Positions 22,001 through 36,169 are shown, counted from the whole stretch's first letter. The stretch is 63,309 nt of DNA, filler included, from Octopus bimaculoides (GCF_001194135.2; 5 parts of 5 records of this genome joined end to end with filler, not necessarily neighbours in it); one strand, 5' to 3'. Notes: generated by a model from the sequence alone, not told the origin. Made by a program: numbers and translations.

Positions 22001-22645
22001 TATATGTATATATATCTGTATGTTAGTGCGTGTGTGTGTGTGCGTGTGTATGTGTGTGTATAAGATATAGAAGATATCAAACTGATCCAGAAATTGGTCA
22101 ATCTGTATATATATATATATATATATATACATAGTAAAAGAGGATATGGTGTTTGTATGCCGGAAAAAATATAAGAAAATTGTGTTACTGAAAGTGCACC
22201 TAAATTTCAAAAAGCCGTAAATGTTTTAAGACACATTTATTTACAAATATACCAACCTAGTTGGTATATATGTAAATGACTTTGGCAACGAGACCTATAC
22301 CATTCACTGAACCGGTCACCACGGCACTTATTCAAAGATTTATGTACCTGATTACCTTGGAAATCAAGGTCTCATAATTATTTAATACCTTTTCAAAGCG
22401 TCTGAGAGATCTACATGGTCAGGGTTAGATTTTTCCAAGAAATAACTTGACCACTGGTTTTCCAAGGTTCCTCCACGACAGCAACAAGGTCAGGAGAGGT
22501 TAGAGGAGTCTAACTCCTTCCTTCTCCAAAAGCTAATTACATAAGAATGGTCATTGAAAAGATGGTTTCACTGGCAGTGCCCCTGCATAACCACGACCTT
22601 TGGACTGAAACGTATAAAAGAATAAAAGAATATATATAAATATAC

Positions 22646-22711
<66 letters not shown>

Positions 22712-23214
22712 GCGTGTGTGCTTGCGTGTGCGCGCATTTTACATACTCGTGTATAAGTGTGTATGTGTCTCACTATCAATGTTGGTATCTGAGTCCACAA
22801 TTGACACACTCCTACAGATATGGATAAATACACCTTGAAATTCTATACCATATTAAAATACATATACTGTGTGTACTAGTCTAATTTTACTATCATATTT
22901 TACACAAATTTCCCGTTCGTCTCTTTCTCATTTTATTTCAGGTCTCTGTTCACACATGATGAAACAGAAACACTGAATTCCTAACTTGATTATATGCTTA
23001 AAGTCTGTAAACGTGATTATTTTAAGCTCGTATTGTCAGTTTTACGCACGTTTTCATATATTGTCACATCGATCGGCCTTGATCGGCCAGCTACGTAGTT
23101 TCTTCCTATTCTCTAACTGACAGGCATTGCTTAAAGCTTTTAATTGCGTAAGACATTTTGCAATGTCGAATACTGCGTTCTTAATAGTCAATCGTCATTA
23201 ATGATTAGAAAATC

Positions 23215-23440
23215 GAAGTCGGCAAGCCGGCAGAATCGTTAGCAAGCTTGGCATAATGCTTAGGGGCAATTTCGTCCATCTTTACAGTCAGAGTTCAAAT
23301 TCCGCAGAAGTTCACTTTATCAATCATCCTTTCGAAGGTCCACTAGAATAAGTACCAGTTGAACGCTGAGGTCAATGTAATCAACTTATTTCCCTCCCCT
23401 TAAATATTGATGGTTTCGTCCCTAAAATTGTAACTAATGT
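23215..23440 (+). mobile_element. SINE family B
   Basis: ggcagaatcgttagc head, gagttcaaattcc B-box, aataagtaccagttga core. Confidence 0.75.
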
Positions 23441-24679
23441 CTAGAAAATTCCAAATGATGCCTTCACGCAACTAAACACACACAAACACACACACATTAC
23501 ACATACAAACAATGTGTGTGTGTTATGTACGCTATGCATGGGTATATTTGTGCGTGTGTTTATCCTTATATGAAGCCATGCATGAATATTCATATAAACA
23601 AATATTTCTTATTTTTGGAATTGAAGTATTGACTGCTACATGTATATAACTTAATTTGGATTTCTATTTAAATACACGTAAATGTATATGTATACAGACA
23701 CACATATTTACATAGGTGTACGTGTATGTGTGTGTGTGTTTGTGTGTGTGTGTTTCTACAAATTTACTTATCTGTATAAATGTATTTGTAAACACACACG
23801 CGCACATTTATATATGACATGATACATAATTGCATTTACAGGAAACTTTAGCGTACTCTGTTCATTGAGTAGAGTGAAAGAGTAAATAATTGCCTTTCAG
23901 TTATCGTGACTACATTTTCCATGTAGAGCAATAGTTATTAATAATCAAACATTGAAATTACAAATGTTTCACTGAAATGTCTGTGCCGTATATCAATTAT
24001 TATTTTAAATGGCTTTCAGATTTCCGTAAACATACAATGGGGCTGTAAATACGTAAGAATTATAATAAATTATACATTGTTATGTACGAGTAGTTTCCCT
24101 TGAGTTGTTCCAAGATAATGAAGATGAGCTTCCAGTCAAATATGGCCAGATTAGGCGGATATATATAAAACTATTATTACGAAACTAGGGAAATTCCTCC
24201 CAACAAATTGCTACAGGTTTTTACAGTAGCACTTCAATACGTGGCAGTTTATTAATAGAATTCACAAAGTACACCTATTGGAAAGTTAACCAAATTTTGA
24301 TATTCTCAATCAACTCAAAGTAACCCATTGATCTCCAATCGATATTAGTATATGTGTTCACCCTCAAGCGTACTTTTCACCGCCAATGTATGAATTCTAG
24401 GGACTTCAAAGTGTTAAAATCATACACATACATAGTACAGTTGTTGGAGACAATTACGTTTTAAACGTCGCGTCTCAACTCTGGAGTTTTGAAATTGGAA
24501 ATCCAATGCAGATAATATATAACGATTTTATTATTTGACAATAATGTTCTTATGTTTGGTTTTGATTGTTTTTTTTTATGTTTGTGCCGATCTGTTGCAA
24601 ATATTTTAATATGAATTTGAGTGTGTGTGTATATGTGTGTGTACGTGCATATGTATGTATATATATATATATATATATA

Positions 24680-24905
24680 TATAAAGGGTAAAGAACTCCT
24701 TCAGTCATGTATATCCATGGGGTCGCAGTTACAAAGTTACCCTCCGAGGCAAAGTCTGGGGAAGGTTGCTTATGGATACCAGCAGTGACACATGTGTACC
24801 CGCTTCCCCGTCTCCACACCACTGATGTTATCGAGAGGAAAAGCAACGGCTGATACAGCTTGGCACCAGTGAAAGAGGAGCAACTCATTTCTACAGCCGA
24901 GTGAA
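24680..24905 (-). mobile_element. SINE family E, 3' part
   Basis: Reverse complement of 10715-10925. Confidence 0.7.
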
Positions 24906-24938
24906 TTAGTTATGTATGTATGTATGTATGTAAGTATG

Positions 24939-24981
<43 letters not shown>

Positions 24982-27900
24982 GTATCTATCTATCTATGTA
25001 CGTACGTACGGACGGACGTATGTATGTATGTATGCATGCATGTATGTGTGTATGTCATTATTCCGTTTGTTTCAAGATTTATTGCCAATATTGAAAGAAT
25101 CGGTTTCTAACCTAGTTTCAAGGCTCCTTCATTGGAATTTCAACATCAACAACAGGCTATTTTTCTGTATGCTTGTATGTATGCATGTATGTATGTATGT
25201 ATGTATGTATGTATGTATGTATGCATGTGCAGATGTGTATGTTTTATGTATGTCTCCTCATGCATATAGTTACATATCTAGACATACTCACATATACTTA
25301 AATGATAAACTTCTGGAATGTTTTACAGATTTTTGCTGTTCCAGTGATGTATTGGATCTGTAGTCTTTGCATGTGTATGTATGCATGTATGTATGTATGC
25401 ATGCATGCATATATGTATGTGTGTATATGTATTTATAATGAACGAGTGTTTGCTTATTTATTTTAGCCAGCTTGAAGCCCCAAATATTTTGGTCACTCTA
25501 TTGTCTATAAATAAACGCCAAAATCGTGTTTTGTGCTCGCGTTAACGGTGCAAGTGATTGTTGAGTCGATTATATTCGACAAGTACTTAACAATGAGCTT
25601 CTCATAATCTCTACGTCAATTTATTCGTTATTGAGATACTTTATAGGAAGTTATACAATCTTATTTAATAAAAAGTGGGTAAGCGATGGAAACTAAAAGC
25701 GATCTTGTTTTGTTGTTGTTGTTTTGTTTTTTTTTTAAACCTGAATTTCTGTTTATATCTATGATTTTAAAACATTTGATATCCACATAACAATTGTTGC
25801 ACTCCGTTGATATTCTGTCATATATTTTTAGATAATGTGTTTTAAATCTGTCTTAGCATGATTTATTAGCTAATATTCCAGATTAATAATTAAAAGCTTT
25901 CATTGCGGTCTTCGATTGTAAGTTAAACAAATTCTATTTCTGCTCTATGTATATCAAATATTTTTATCTATAATTTATTACATTCCTTTCTATGACGTAC
26001 ACCATATGATGTTACAATATATGTGTGTGTTTGCTTATGTGTATATACATATATACACACAAAGGCTGGAGCGGGCACGCACACACACATAGGATATATG
26101 CGTGGTACGACTACAACACGAGGATCTAATCCGGTTTTTCCGAACAGAATCGTTTATTTGTTGTGTTGGAGAGGAGATGCGTTATGAAGTATCTTAGCCT
26201 ATGTATAGATTTTACTTAAATGTGCACGTAAAGTAGAAGTCTGTATCATACTCATATTACATCTTTCTTACAAAAGAAAACCTTTTTTTTTTTTTTTTAC
26301 ATTTTTAGTTCCTCGAAATGTTCTTCATAGGCAAGTCAAAAGCAAGAATGCTTTGCTTCGATTTTCAAAATGGCTATTTTATACGCTGCATATATTGCTA
26401 TAAGTTTGCTTAGAGTATCCAACATATCATTGCGCAAATGAAAATCTTCTTCAACAATGCATTAGCATCGTTTGTGATATCAATATCGATATTGAATCCA
26501 GCGAGACACTTAAAAAGGGCCATCATTTCTGCATTCTTTTATGTATCTTCTTTTGTTTGTATTTTGTTACTGGTAGCTTTTTAGTGCTATTTCAAGGAAT
26601 TATTTGATATACTGCAACGATTTAGGATATGATTCCTCGGTATTTATCGAATAAAATTTCAGAACACGAATCAAAAGATTTGTCAGGCCATCTTAACTAT
26701 AAACCTGGAAATAAAACACCTGACAAATCAATCTTCGGAAAGAAATAACTTTGTATTTCCAGAAGTTTCCATAACTTATAATAGTGTATCCGAAAATAAT
26801 CAAGGCCACATATCTGAAGAAGGTGGGTAGAGCAGCTTTGCTTGAAATGAATGAAATAAATCGAGGTTATTTTATTGATGTGGGAAATGAAAGACCTTCA
26901 ACCCAATATAAAATGTAGGAAATATGCAATGTATACATAACTACCTACATAGAAATGTAAGAATGGCCGTATGTTATATATATATATANNNNNNNNNNNN
27001 NNNNNNNNNNNNNNNNNNNNNNNNNNNNNNNNNNNNNNNNNNNNNNNNNNNNNNNNNNNNNNNNNNNNNNNNNNNNNNNNNNNNNNNNNNNNNNNNNNNN
27101 NNNNNNNNNNNNNNNNNNNNNNNNNNNNNNNNNNNNNNNNNNNNNNNNNNNNNNNNNNNNNNNNNNNNNNNNNNNNNNNNNNNNNNNNNNNNNNNNNNNN
27201 NNNNNNNNNNNNNNNNNNNNNNNNNNNNNNNNNNNNNNNNNNNNNNNNNNNNNNNNNNNNNNNNNNNNNNNNNNNNNNNNNNNNNNNNNNNNNNNNNNNN
27301 NNNNNNNNNNNNNNNNNNNNNNNNNNNNNNNNNNNNNNNNNNNNNNNNNNNNNNNNNNNNNNNNNNNNNNNNNNNNNNNNNNNNNNNNNNNNNNNNNNNN
27401 NNNNNNNNNNNNNNNNNNNNNNNNNNNNNNNNNNNNNNNNNNNNNNNNNNNNNNNNNNNNNNNNNNNNNNNNNNNNNNNNNNNATATATATATATATATA
27501 TATATATAGTGAGAGAGAGAGAGGGGGGCGGGGAGAGAGAGAAACATGATAATCAAGAATGGAGAGTTATACATTTTTAAAATTTTGTATTATTCATTAA
27601 AACACATTTTTCTTTATTTTACATTCCGGCACGTGGTCTTACTGCTGAAGAAGTGCCTTGAGGTCCTCTGACATAATTGTTTTGTCCATTTAGTCGGTTT
27701 ATATTAAATCAATTGTAGTAAACGTACAAATGCAAAGGTTGGGAGTACTACACAGGTAAAACCATACAATGCCATCCATAACGTCACTGCCCTACAAAGC
27801 GCGTAGAGCATCCACTTGTTGAATACATATATAACCATGAAGGCATGAAATATCGGTGACATTTGCAGACAAATATATATACATACGCTGATGTGTACAT

Positions 27901-28839
27901 GATGATGGCTCCATCTTCCAAATGATTACTGTCTCCTTGTGCTCTCTTTTTGTCAATGGCATTTCTGACTTTCCACCCATGACCTCGGATCTGAGTATTC
28001 AGCTATAAAGTATTCAATTATAAACCTGCATGGTTTATAACGTTAAGCGACAAAATTTCTTACAGGCGATAGACATAATTTCTAACTTACTGTGCACTTC
28101 CAACTCTGCACTTCCATTGGACTTACTGGAATGAAAAACGAGATAACAATCAAGCGACATCTGCACGTCATTAGGTTGTATCGATAAAAATTTGTACAAC
28201 ACGACTACCGTTGTCTGAGTCACCCTGATTAGAATTTTGCGAAAGGCCTAAAGAAGATGACAATAATCACAGGATTTACTTCAGTGCGTCACGCACCTAC
28301 AGGGATGCTGTGACAGTGGCTAAGGAATCCACAATATTGACGTTGAAATTCCAACGAAGCAGCCTTGGATCTAGGTTAGAAACCAGTTCTTTCTCTATTG
28401 GCAAGAAATCTTGAAATAAACTGAATAATGACATACATACTTACAGAAAAACACACGCACGCTCGCATAGTGTCACGCACACTTGCATAGTGTCACGCAC
28501 AATCGCATGTTAAACTTCGCTATATGAAATGCAACTGAGATCAGCTTTGTGTTTCATCCGTCTGGGATAAAATAAGTAGATGTATGTAACAATTTCATCA
28601 TTTAACCGCCTCCATCTAAATAACCTAGAAATTCCCGTCCTTGTGCGATTATTGTATTTTTCAAAGAGTAACAAAATTGTTATGCAGTATAGTATTTGGT
28701 ACATATATCTTTAACATTTCTAAATAGTTAATTGTGTTTGAAAGAATACATGTCATATAAATTTCATTAAAGCTTAAGACTGAATAAATTTGGAGAGTAC
28801 TGAAATTAACGGTTTGCAATCTAATTCTATAAAGTTAAT

Positions 28840-29040
28840 TCTGTGTGTGTGTATGTTAATTCTATGCACGGCCAAACTGCCGGATCAATCTGTATCAAAT
28901 TTGACATGAAGGATTTTCATTACTCGGGGAAGGTTCTAGAGAGGTCAAAATTTGGTCCTTGCCCGTATAGCTGTGGCCCCCGCTATAGACTTTTCCGAAG
29001 TTTTTTCTGCAGTATAATACCGACCGGTATTTAATAAGTA
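28840..29040 (+). mobile_element. Possible non-autonomous Helitron relic
   Basis: cggccaaactgccggatcaatctgtatcaaatttgacatg internal motif and a short 3' hairpin aatacc-gacc-ggtatt; the CTAG end is not intact. Confidence 0.3.
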
Positions 29041-29410
29041 CATGGTAGGTCATGTACGCGGATACGTGTATGATCTCAGTGGAGCTAAGATGTTCTCTTG
29101 TATGTAGTTTCGGTCATACAAGGTGAAGGAGGATGTGGTGAATTATAAAGATGTGCCATAAATTGTTCATAGCTTTTTGTCATTTATTCATCTTGATAGG
29201 CAAGATGAATGGAAGAAAAACATTCATGAATCAGACAAAGTTTTTCTCAAGTGGATGTAATTTAATCATTGCAATATAATTTAATTTCTATCTTTGCATA
29301 TGCATATATAGGTGTATTTATTTATGAATGTGTACGCACATACATACATTCATACATACACATGCATACATACTATATACACACATATATACATACATAT
29401 ATACATACGC

Positions 29411-29477
<67 letters not shown>

Positions 29478-30033
29478 TATAGATAGATAGATAGAGACTG
29501 AAGCACAAGCAGAATCAAAGTGTTATTAAAATCATAGATGGTGATACGAACATATTTTTGTTAAAATCCATTTATCTTCGCTGTGAAACTAGATCCCGTG
29601 GGCTCGCCATTTGCATATGAACAGTCACAGTAAAAAAAATCATATCGATTTATACATATTGTCCTACATCTCCAACACAATGAACTTCAACGACCTTATT
29701 TTCTCATGAAACATTGTAGAAACAGATTCTGAAGCTAGATATCATCGTCTGCAAAACTGGTTGGGATATGCTTCTAGTAATTTAAAATAAATCGCATAAA
29801 AACGTCTAAGTTTAACTTTCATATCAACTTCTATTAAATTCTGTTTTCGAAAATTTGTGTCGATGTCTATTCTCATGATCATAAGCATTGAATAATTAAA
29901 GGAGATCTTTCCGATGAACGGGTACGGTGTGATATTCGATAAGAAGCTTGCTGTTTAGCATCGGGCCCGCCAAAACCGTGTGAGTGGATTTCGTAGACCG
30001 AAACTGAAAGAAGCCCTTCGTATATATATATAC

Positions 30034-30076
<43 letters not shown>

Positions 30077-30660
30077 NNNNNNNNNNNNNNNNNNNNNNNN
30101 NNNNNNNNNNNNNNNNNNNNNNNNNNNNNNNNNNNNNNNNNNNNNNNNNNNNNNNNNNNNNNNNNNNNNNNNNNNNNNNNNNNNNNNNNNNNNNNNNNNN
30201 NNNNNNNNNNNNNNNNNNNNNNNNNNNNNNNNNNNNNNNNNNNNNNNNNNNNNNNNNNNNNNNNNNNNNNNNNNNNNNNNNNNNNNNNNNNNNNNNNNNN
30301 NNNNNNNNNNNNNNNNNNNNNNNNNNNNNNNNNNNNNNNNNNNNNNNNNNNNNNNNNNNNNNNNNNNNNNNNNNNNNNNNNNNNNNNNNNNNNNNNNNNN
30401 NNNNNNNNNNNNNNNNNNNNNNNNNNNNNNNNNNNNNNNNNNNNNNNNNNNNNNNNNNNNNNNNNNNNNNNNNNNNNNNNNNNNNNNNNNNNNNNNNNNN
30501 NNNNNNNNNNNNNNNNNNNNNNNNNNNNNNNNNNNNNNNNNNNNNNNNNNNNNNNNNNNNNNNNNNNNNNNNNNNNNNNNNNNNNNNNNNNNNNNNNNNN
30601 NNNNNNNNNNNNNNNNNNNNNNNNNNNNNNNNNNNNNNNNNNNNNNNNNNNNNNNNNNNN

Positions 30661-30754
<94 letters not shown>

Positions 30755-31367
30755 GGTATGTATGTAGGTATGTATGTATGCATGTATGTATATGTGACGG
30801 TATTTTAATAATCCCATACCTATAATTATTTATAAATAATTTCACGCATTTCGTTTGTTTCCATAGTGCTTGACCACTTCAAACGAACTTTTGTAGGCTT
30901 GGTGGAGGATAAGTTTAGTTGTAAAAGCTGGCAAACTTTTGGCTGCTAAGAAATCAAGTGCCTATTTGGCGCAAAATTTCGAAACCGGTACCAAGTTGAC
31001 CAGCATTACTTGTTCTGACCTAGCAGAGGTGAGACGTTATTATTGTTCACTGAAATGTTTTTACCTATCATGTCTGTAGTAGATTTGTGACTATTCGGTG
31101 GTATAGAAGTATTTTTGACTTCTATGTTTAGCAATGTAGGTGCTCATGTAGTGCCCTTGTGTATGCATGTTCATATCTAATATTGTATGTATATATTTTA
31201 TTAATTTGCCTGTACCGCTGATAATTCGCTTGCCACTCGTGACGGTATTTTAATAATACCATCACTATATATAATAGGAAGAATTCCTTCTACAGAAAGG
31301 AACATGGAGAAAAACAAGGAGAGAAACAAGAAGAGAAAAAAATGTGTGTAGTGGTCAGCGATCTATC

Positions 31368-31398
<31 letters not shown>

Positions 31399-31459
31399 TG
31401 CATGCAAACATGTATGTATGTATGTATGTATATGTATACACACACATATACATCGTGTG

Positions 31460-31670
31460 TGTGTTTTTGTGTTTGTGTTTGATCCGCACTGTCGCTTGAC
31501 GGCTGGTGTCTATGTGTTTACGTCCCCGTAACTTAGCCGTTCGGCAAAAAAAGGCCGATTGGATAAGTACAGAGCTTAAAAATTACAGGTGCTGGGGGTG
31601 ATTTATTCGACTAAAAATTCTTCAAAGTGCTGCCCTTGCATGGCCGTAGTCTAATGACTGAAACATGTAT
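31460..31670 (+). mobile_element. SINE family A tail
   Basis: tcgcttgacggctggtg...gtgtttacgtccccgtaacttagccgttcggcaaaa...ctaatgactgaaaca. Confidence 0.8.
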
Positions 31671-31990
31671 GAGAGAGAAGAAAAAAAACGCACAGAAGGG
31701 TCAATTTTGCGTGCATTAACCGTCGAGTCATTCTATGTGTATTCATTAGGCTGAACCCTGAATGGCCCCGTGGTTATCATTGTAGGCACAATTGATCAGC
31801 GCTTCTTTAGCTTGCATAACTGACATCCATTTTCCCTTTAATACCACGATGCTCTTCATAAAATAATAACGTAGGCGTATTTCTATCTCCTTTTACTTTA
31901 ACTTCAAATTGGTCCCCAAGATAAATTAGTGCAATTTTCTAATCAATCTATTTCAAACAGGTAACATGTTCCAGGTCTAATCTAACATAA

Positions 31991-32062
<72 letters not shown>

Positions 32063-32411
32063 GCCGGTAAAAAGTTATTCATGATGCTTTAATTTTTTTT
32101 TTTTTTTGCTACCTTTTCTTTGTCTCAGATCAGATATGAATCATTCAAATATTTATATATTTTTTTGTGTATTTTTAATATTCGCTGTCGTCTTATTATT
32201 GTATCACTGATGGGTATACATTAAATGTCGATTTATTCAGAACGCCGTAAACAGATCGCCAGGTTGTCACATTTAATGAGAAAATATGAATCTATAGAAA
32301 CATATTTATGGGCAAACATGCGGCGTATTATTTCTCATAATTATGTTGCGGTTATTAATGCGCACGCATACTTTTCTAGTGTTCTCATAAAATTAGACAC
32401 AAGCACATACG

Positions 32412-32442
<31 letters not shown>

Positions 32443-32517
32443 GCATACATTTATTTGTACATTTGCGTAAAATATCAATAGGTACTGAAACAAATTCAAA
32501 TGTATATACATGCATAC

Positions 32518-32566
<49 letters not shown>

Positions 32567-32666
32567 NNNNNNNNNNNNNNNNNNNNNNNNNNNNNNNNNN
32601 NNNNNNNNNNTTAATTAATTAANNNNNNNNNNNNNNNNNNNNNNNNNNNNNNNNNNNNNNNNNNNN

Positions 32667-33035
32667 ATCCATGGGCCCCGGCCCGAAAGTTCTCCTGAAC
32701 AGACTGGTTAGATGATTATCCTCAACGCCTAGAGTTTCCCCGAGAACGTCGTCGCACTTTTCCTCCACTAACCCTCTATAGAACGCTAGAGTGGAGCTAC
32801 TACCGATCGCACTGCCCGCCTGACTGAGGGCGGTGAGAGCTTGGCGGCACTCGAGGTGCCAAGCGTCCTTTCTCGGTCTACGTTTGATCCAGGATTACAG
32901 CTCTGTTAAAGAAACGAGCTGCGGAAAATCGCGTCTGACGAACGGCGACCACACCTGTTTACCGTCCAGGAAACGCTTGAGATGTCGTAGCCTGAGCGCA
33001 TGCTTGCGCATCAGCAACCATGGCATGCCAAGGCC
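32667..33035 (-). mobile_element. L1/Tx1-type LINE ORF2 fragment (post-RT region)
   Basis: Minus frame GLGMPWLLMRKHALRLRHLKRFLDGKQVWSPFVRRDFPQLVSLTEL*SWIKRR...; G.LG.P thumb motif, one stop; GC- and CpG-rich like 18479-18701. Confidence 0.7.
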
Positions 33036-33131
33036 TAATAATAAATATATATACTAGTGTATATGTTTTGTGTATTTTCCGGTGGCTGCAACGGCGAAGC
33101 GGAGTATATAACTCTCGTGTCACTGGAGTTA

Positions 33132-33402
33132 AAACACCTTAGAGTCATGGACAGGCGAGAGAACTCACCCTCAATCCCATATGGGAGTGATGGACATAGA
33201 TGTTTCACCATTTTTGTGGCTTTTCAACATCGTGATTTTACAGTCCTTGACATAAGTCGTTAGACTGGCTACATACCTCGCTTTTAAACCAGGAGGGTAC
33301 GTGATGTTGAAAAGCCACAAAAATGGCGAAATATCGATGTGTATCTCTCACAAATGGGATTGCGGATGAGTTATCTCGCCTGTCCATGACTATAAGGTGT
33401 TT
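33132..33402. repeat. Foldback/MITE-like element with ~100-bp inverted arms
   Basis: aaacaccttagagtcatggacaggcgaga...ccatttttgtggcttttcaacatc pairs with gatgttgaaaagccacaaaaatgg...tctcgcctgtccatgactataaggtgttt. Confidence 0.85.
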
Positions 33403-33469
33403 CGTCTATGGCAGTGTGACTTACTCAAATTGCACAGCTAACCTAATTATCTTTAAATATCAAGATATT

Positions 33470-34655
33470 TAAGGTGGCGAGCTGGCAGAACCGTTAGCAC
33501 ACCGAACGCAATGTTTAGTAGCATTTCGTCCGCCTTAACGTTATGAGTTCAATTTCGACCGAGGTTGGCCCAACTTTTCAGAGTCGACAAAAAATATAGC
33601 AATTAAGCACTGGAGTCGATGTAATCGACCCCAGGACTTATTCTTTGTAAGCCTAGTACTTATTCTATCGGTCTCTTTTACCGAACCGCTAAGTTAGGGA
33701 GACGTAAATACACCAACATCGGTTGTCAAGCGATGGTGGGGAGACAAATATATATATATATATATATACATATATGTACGTATATATACACACGACGGGC
33801 TTCTTTCAGCTTCCGTCTGCCAAATTCACTCACAAAGCTTTGGTCAGCTGGAGGCTATAGTAGAAGACACTTGCCCAAGGTGCCGCGCAATGGGACTGAA
33901 TCCGGAAACATGTGGTCGGGAAGCAAGCTTCTTACCACATAGCCACACCCGCGCCTATATATACGTGTGTGTGTGTGTGTGTGTATAANNNNNNNNNNNN
34001 NNNNNNNNNNNNNNNNNNNNNNNNNNNNNNNNNNNNNNNNNNNNNNNNNNNNNNNNNNNNNNNNNNNNNNNNNNNNNNNNNNNNNNNNNNNNNNNNNNNN
34101 NNNNNNNNNNNNNNNNNNNNNNNNNNNNNNNNNNNNNNNNNNNNNNNNNNNNNNNNNNNNNNNNNNNNNNNNNNNNNNNNNNNNNNNNNNNNNNNNNNNN
34201 NNNNNNNNNNNNNNNNNNNNNNNNNNNNNNNNNNNNNNNNNNNNNNNNNNNNNNNNNNNNNNNNNNNNNNNNNNNNNNNNNNNNNNNNNNNNNNNNNNNN
34301 NNNNNNNNNNNNNNNNNNNNNNNNNNNNNNNNNNNNNNNNNNNNNNNNNNNNNNNNNNNNNNNNNNNNNNNNNNNNNNNNNNNNNNNNNNNNNNNNNNNN
34401 NNNNNNNNNNNNNNNNNNNNNNNNNNNNNNNNNNNNNNNNNNNAACATCGGTTGTCAAGCGATGGTGGGGAGACAAATATATATATATATATATATACAT
34501 ATAACGACAGGCTTCTTTCAGTTTCTGTCTACCAAATCCACTCACAAGGCTTTGGTCGGCCTGAGGCTATAGTAGAAGACACTTGCCCGAGGTGCCACGC
34601 AGTGGAGCTGAACCCGGAACCATGTGGTTCGTAAGCAAGCTACTTACCACACAAC
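33470..34655. mobile_element. SINE cluster: family B (+, 33470-33625) fused to family A (-, 33625-33952), and a second family A copy (-, 34444-34655) across the gap
   Basis: Family motifs as above; the junction falls at the shared gtcgatgtaatcgacc sequence. Confidence 0.8.
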
Positions 34656-34789
34656 CACTCATTTACTCTTAATTAAAGTTGACGTTGAAATTTCAAAATG
34701 CAAAATTCAATATATTCAATTAAAATTAATAATAAGTAATAAACATGTTTTGTTTAAAGTATTGTACTAATATATACACACACGAAGTT

Positions 34790-34852
<63 letters not shown>

Positions 34853-35164
34853 TATCACCGCAAGAAATGTATTTGTTTTATATAGCTTTGTTATTGTTTT
34901 TAGTATTGTTTTAATTTTATTGATATTGTGATGTGAATTTTATGTTGTATTTGTTATTGTTGCAGAAAGAGAGAAAAAGAGATAGAGAGTAACAACAACA
35001 ACAACAACAACAATAACAACAACAACAGCAACAACAACAGCAAAAACAAATGTACCATGGACTTCAACGACGTCATTAATTATAACGACCGTAACAGCAT
35101 CAATGGCAACAGAGACAGTATGAACAATAACAACAACGTGAAGAAGAAAAACAGCAGAAACAAT

Positions 35165-35211
<47 letters not shown>

Positions 35212-35297
35212 GACCACTATCATCATCCTCATTATCATAACCGTCATTTTCATTATCATCACCATCATTATCGTTACTACCGCCACCATCATCTCAT

Positions 35298-35348
<51 letters not shown>

Positions 35349-35960
35349 TTCATCATCATCGTCATCATTACTATCGTCATCGTTGCCGTCGTCATCAACA
35401 TCGTCATCATCATCATCATCATCATTATCATTATCATCATCAGCATCAACCAGAGTTGATCGAGGACTGAACAGTAACAGTGACATTCATCATCATCATC
35501 GTCATCATTATCATCACCACCGCCTTCAGCAGCAGCAGCAGCAGCAACACCACTACCACTGCTACCACCACCACCAGCACTACCACCACCACTACCACCA
35601 CCACCATTATCACCATCATGATTCTAGTCCTCGTCATTGTCGTCGTCGTCATCATCGACAACAATGCTTACAATGACAAGAAGGACGGACATTAAAAATC
35701 ATCAGTATTTACAACAACAACAACAACAATATATATATCAACAACAAGAATGAAAGGTATAACACGAACAACTATAACACAAGAAAACACTAAAAAAACC
35801 CCAAACCTAACGAAAAAAATATACCGTACAAAAAGAAGCCACATTAGTAATTAGAATAGTTGTACTAAAAATCAAACATCATCATTATCATCATCATCAA
35901 CTCCAAACGTATCAACAACAACAATAACATCAACATCAATGTTATTAACAAGAACAAGAG
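34790..35960. repeat. Compound trinucleotide field: (TAG)n, (AAC)n, (CAT)n, (CAG)n, (CAC)n
   Basis: Direct reading. Confidence 0.9.
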
Positions 35961-36169
35961 TAACAAAGGTCTATAGACAGTCTTAAGGTGCCATTAAGTT
36001 TCATTATAGATTTAACAAGTTTTTTTTTCTAACCGAAAAGTGATGTGAGGGGGTTGTATAGTGATGATGGTTACCTAACTACAGACAAGTACATACACTC
36101 AGAATTTCGTACGTTTATGTATATGCATATGTGTGTGAGTTTGCGAACACACACACACGTATATGTATG

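Noticed and set aside
27968-28005. GWK|gt on the minus strand as the end of the missing FoxO upstream exon
   Set aside because: Upstream reads *LNTQIRGH, not D.NSSAGWK, and an in-frame stop lies 9 codons before the Gly.
35057-35695. Poly-His, poly-Gln and poly-Asp ORFs as proteins
   Set aside because: Pure trinucleotide repeats with no unique flanking coding sequence or splice support.
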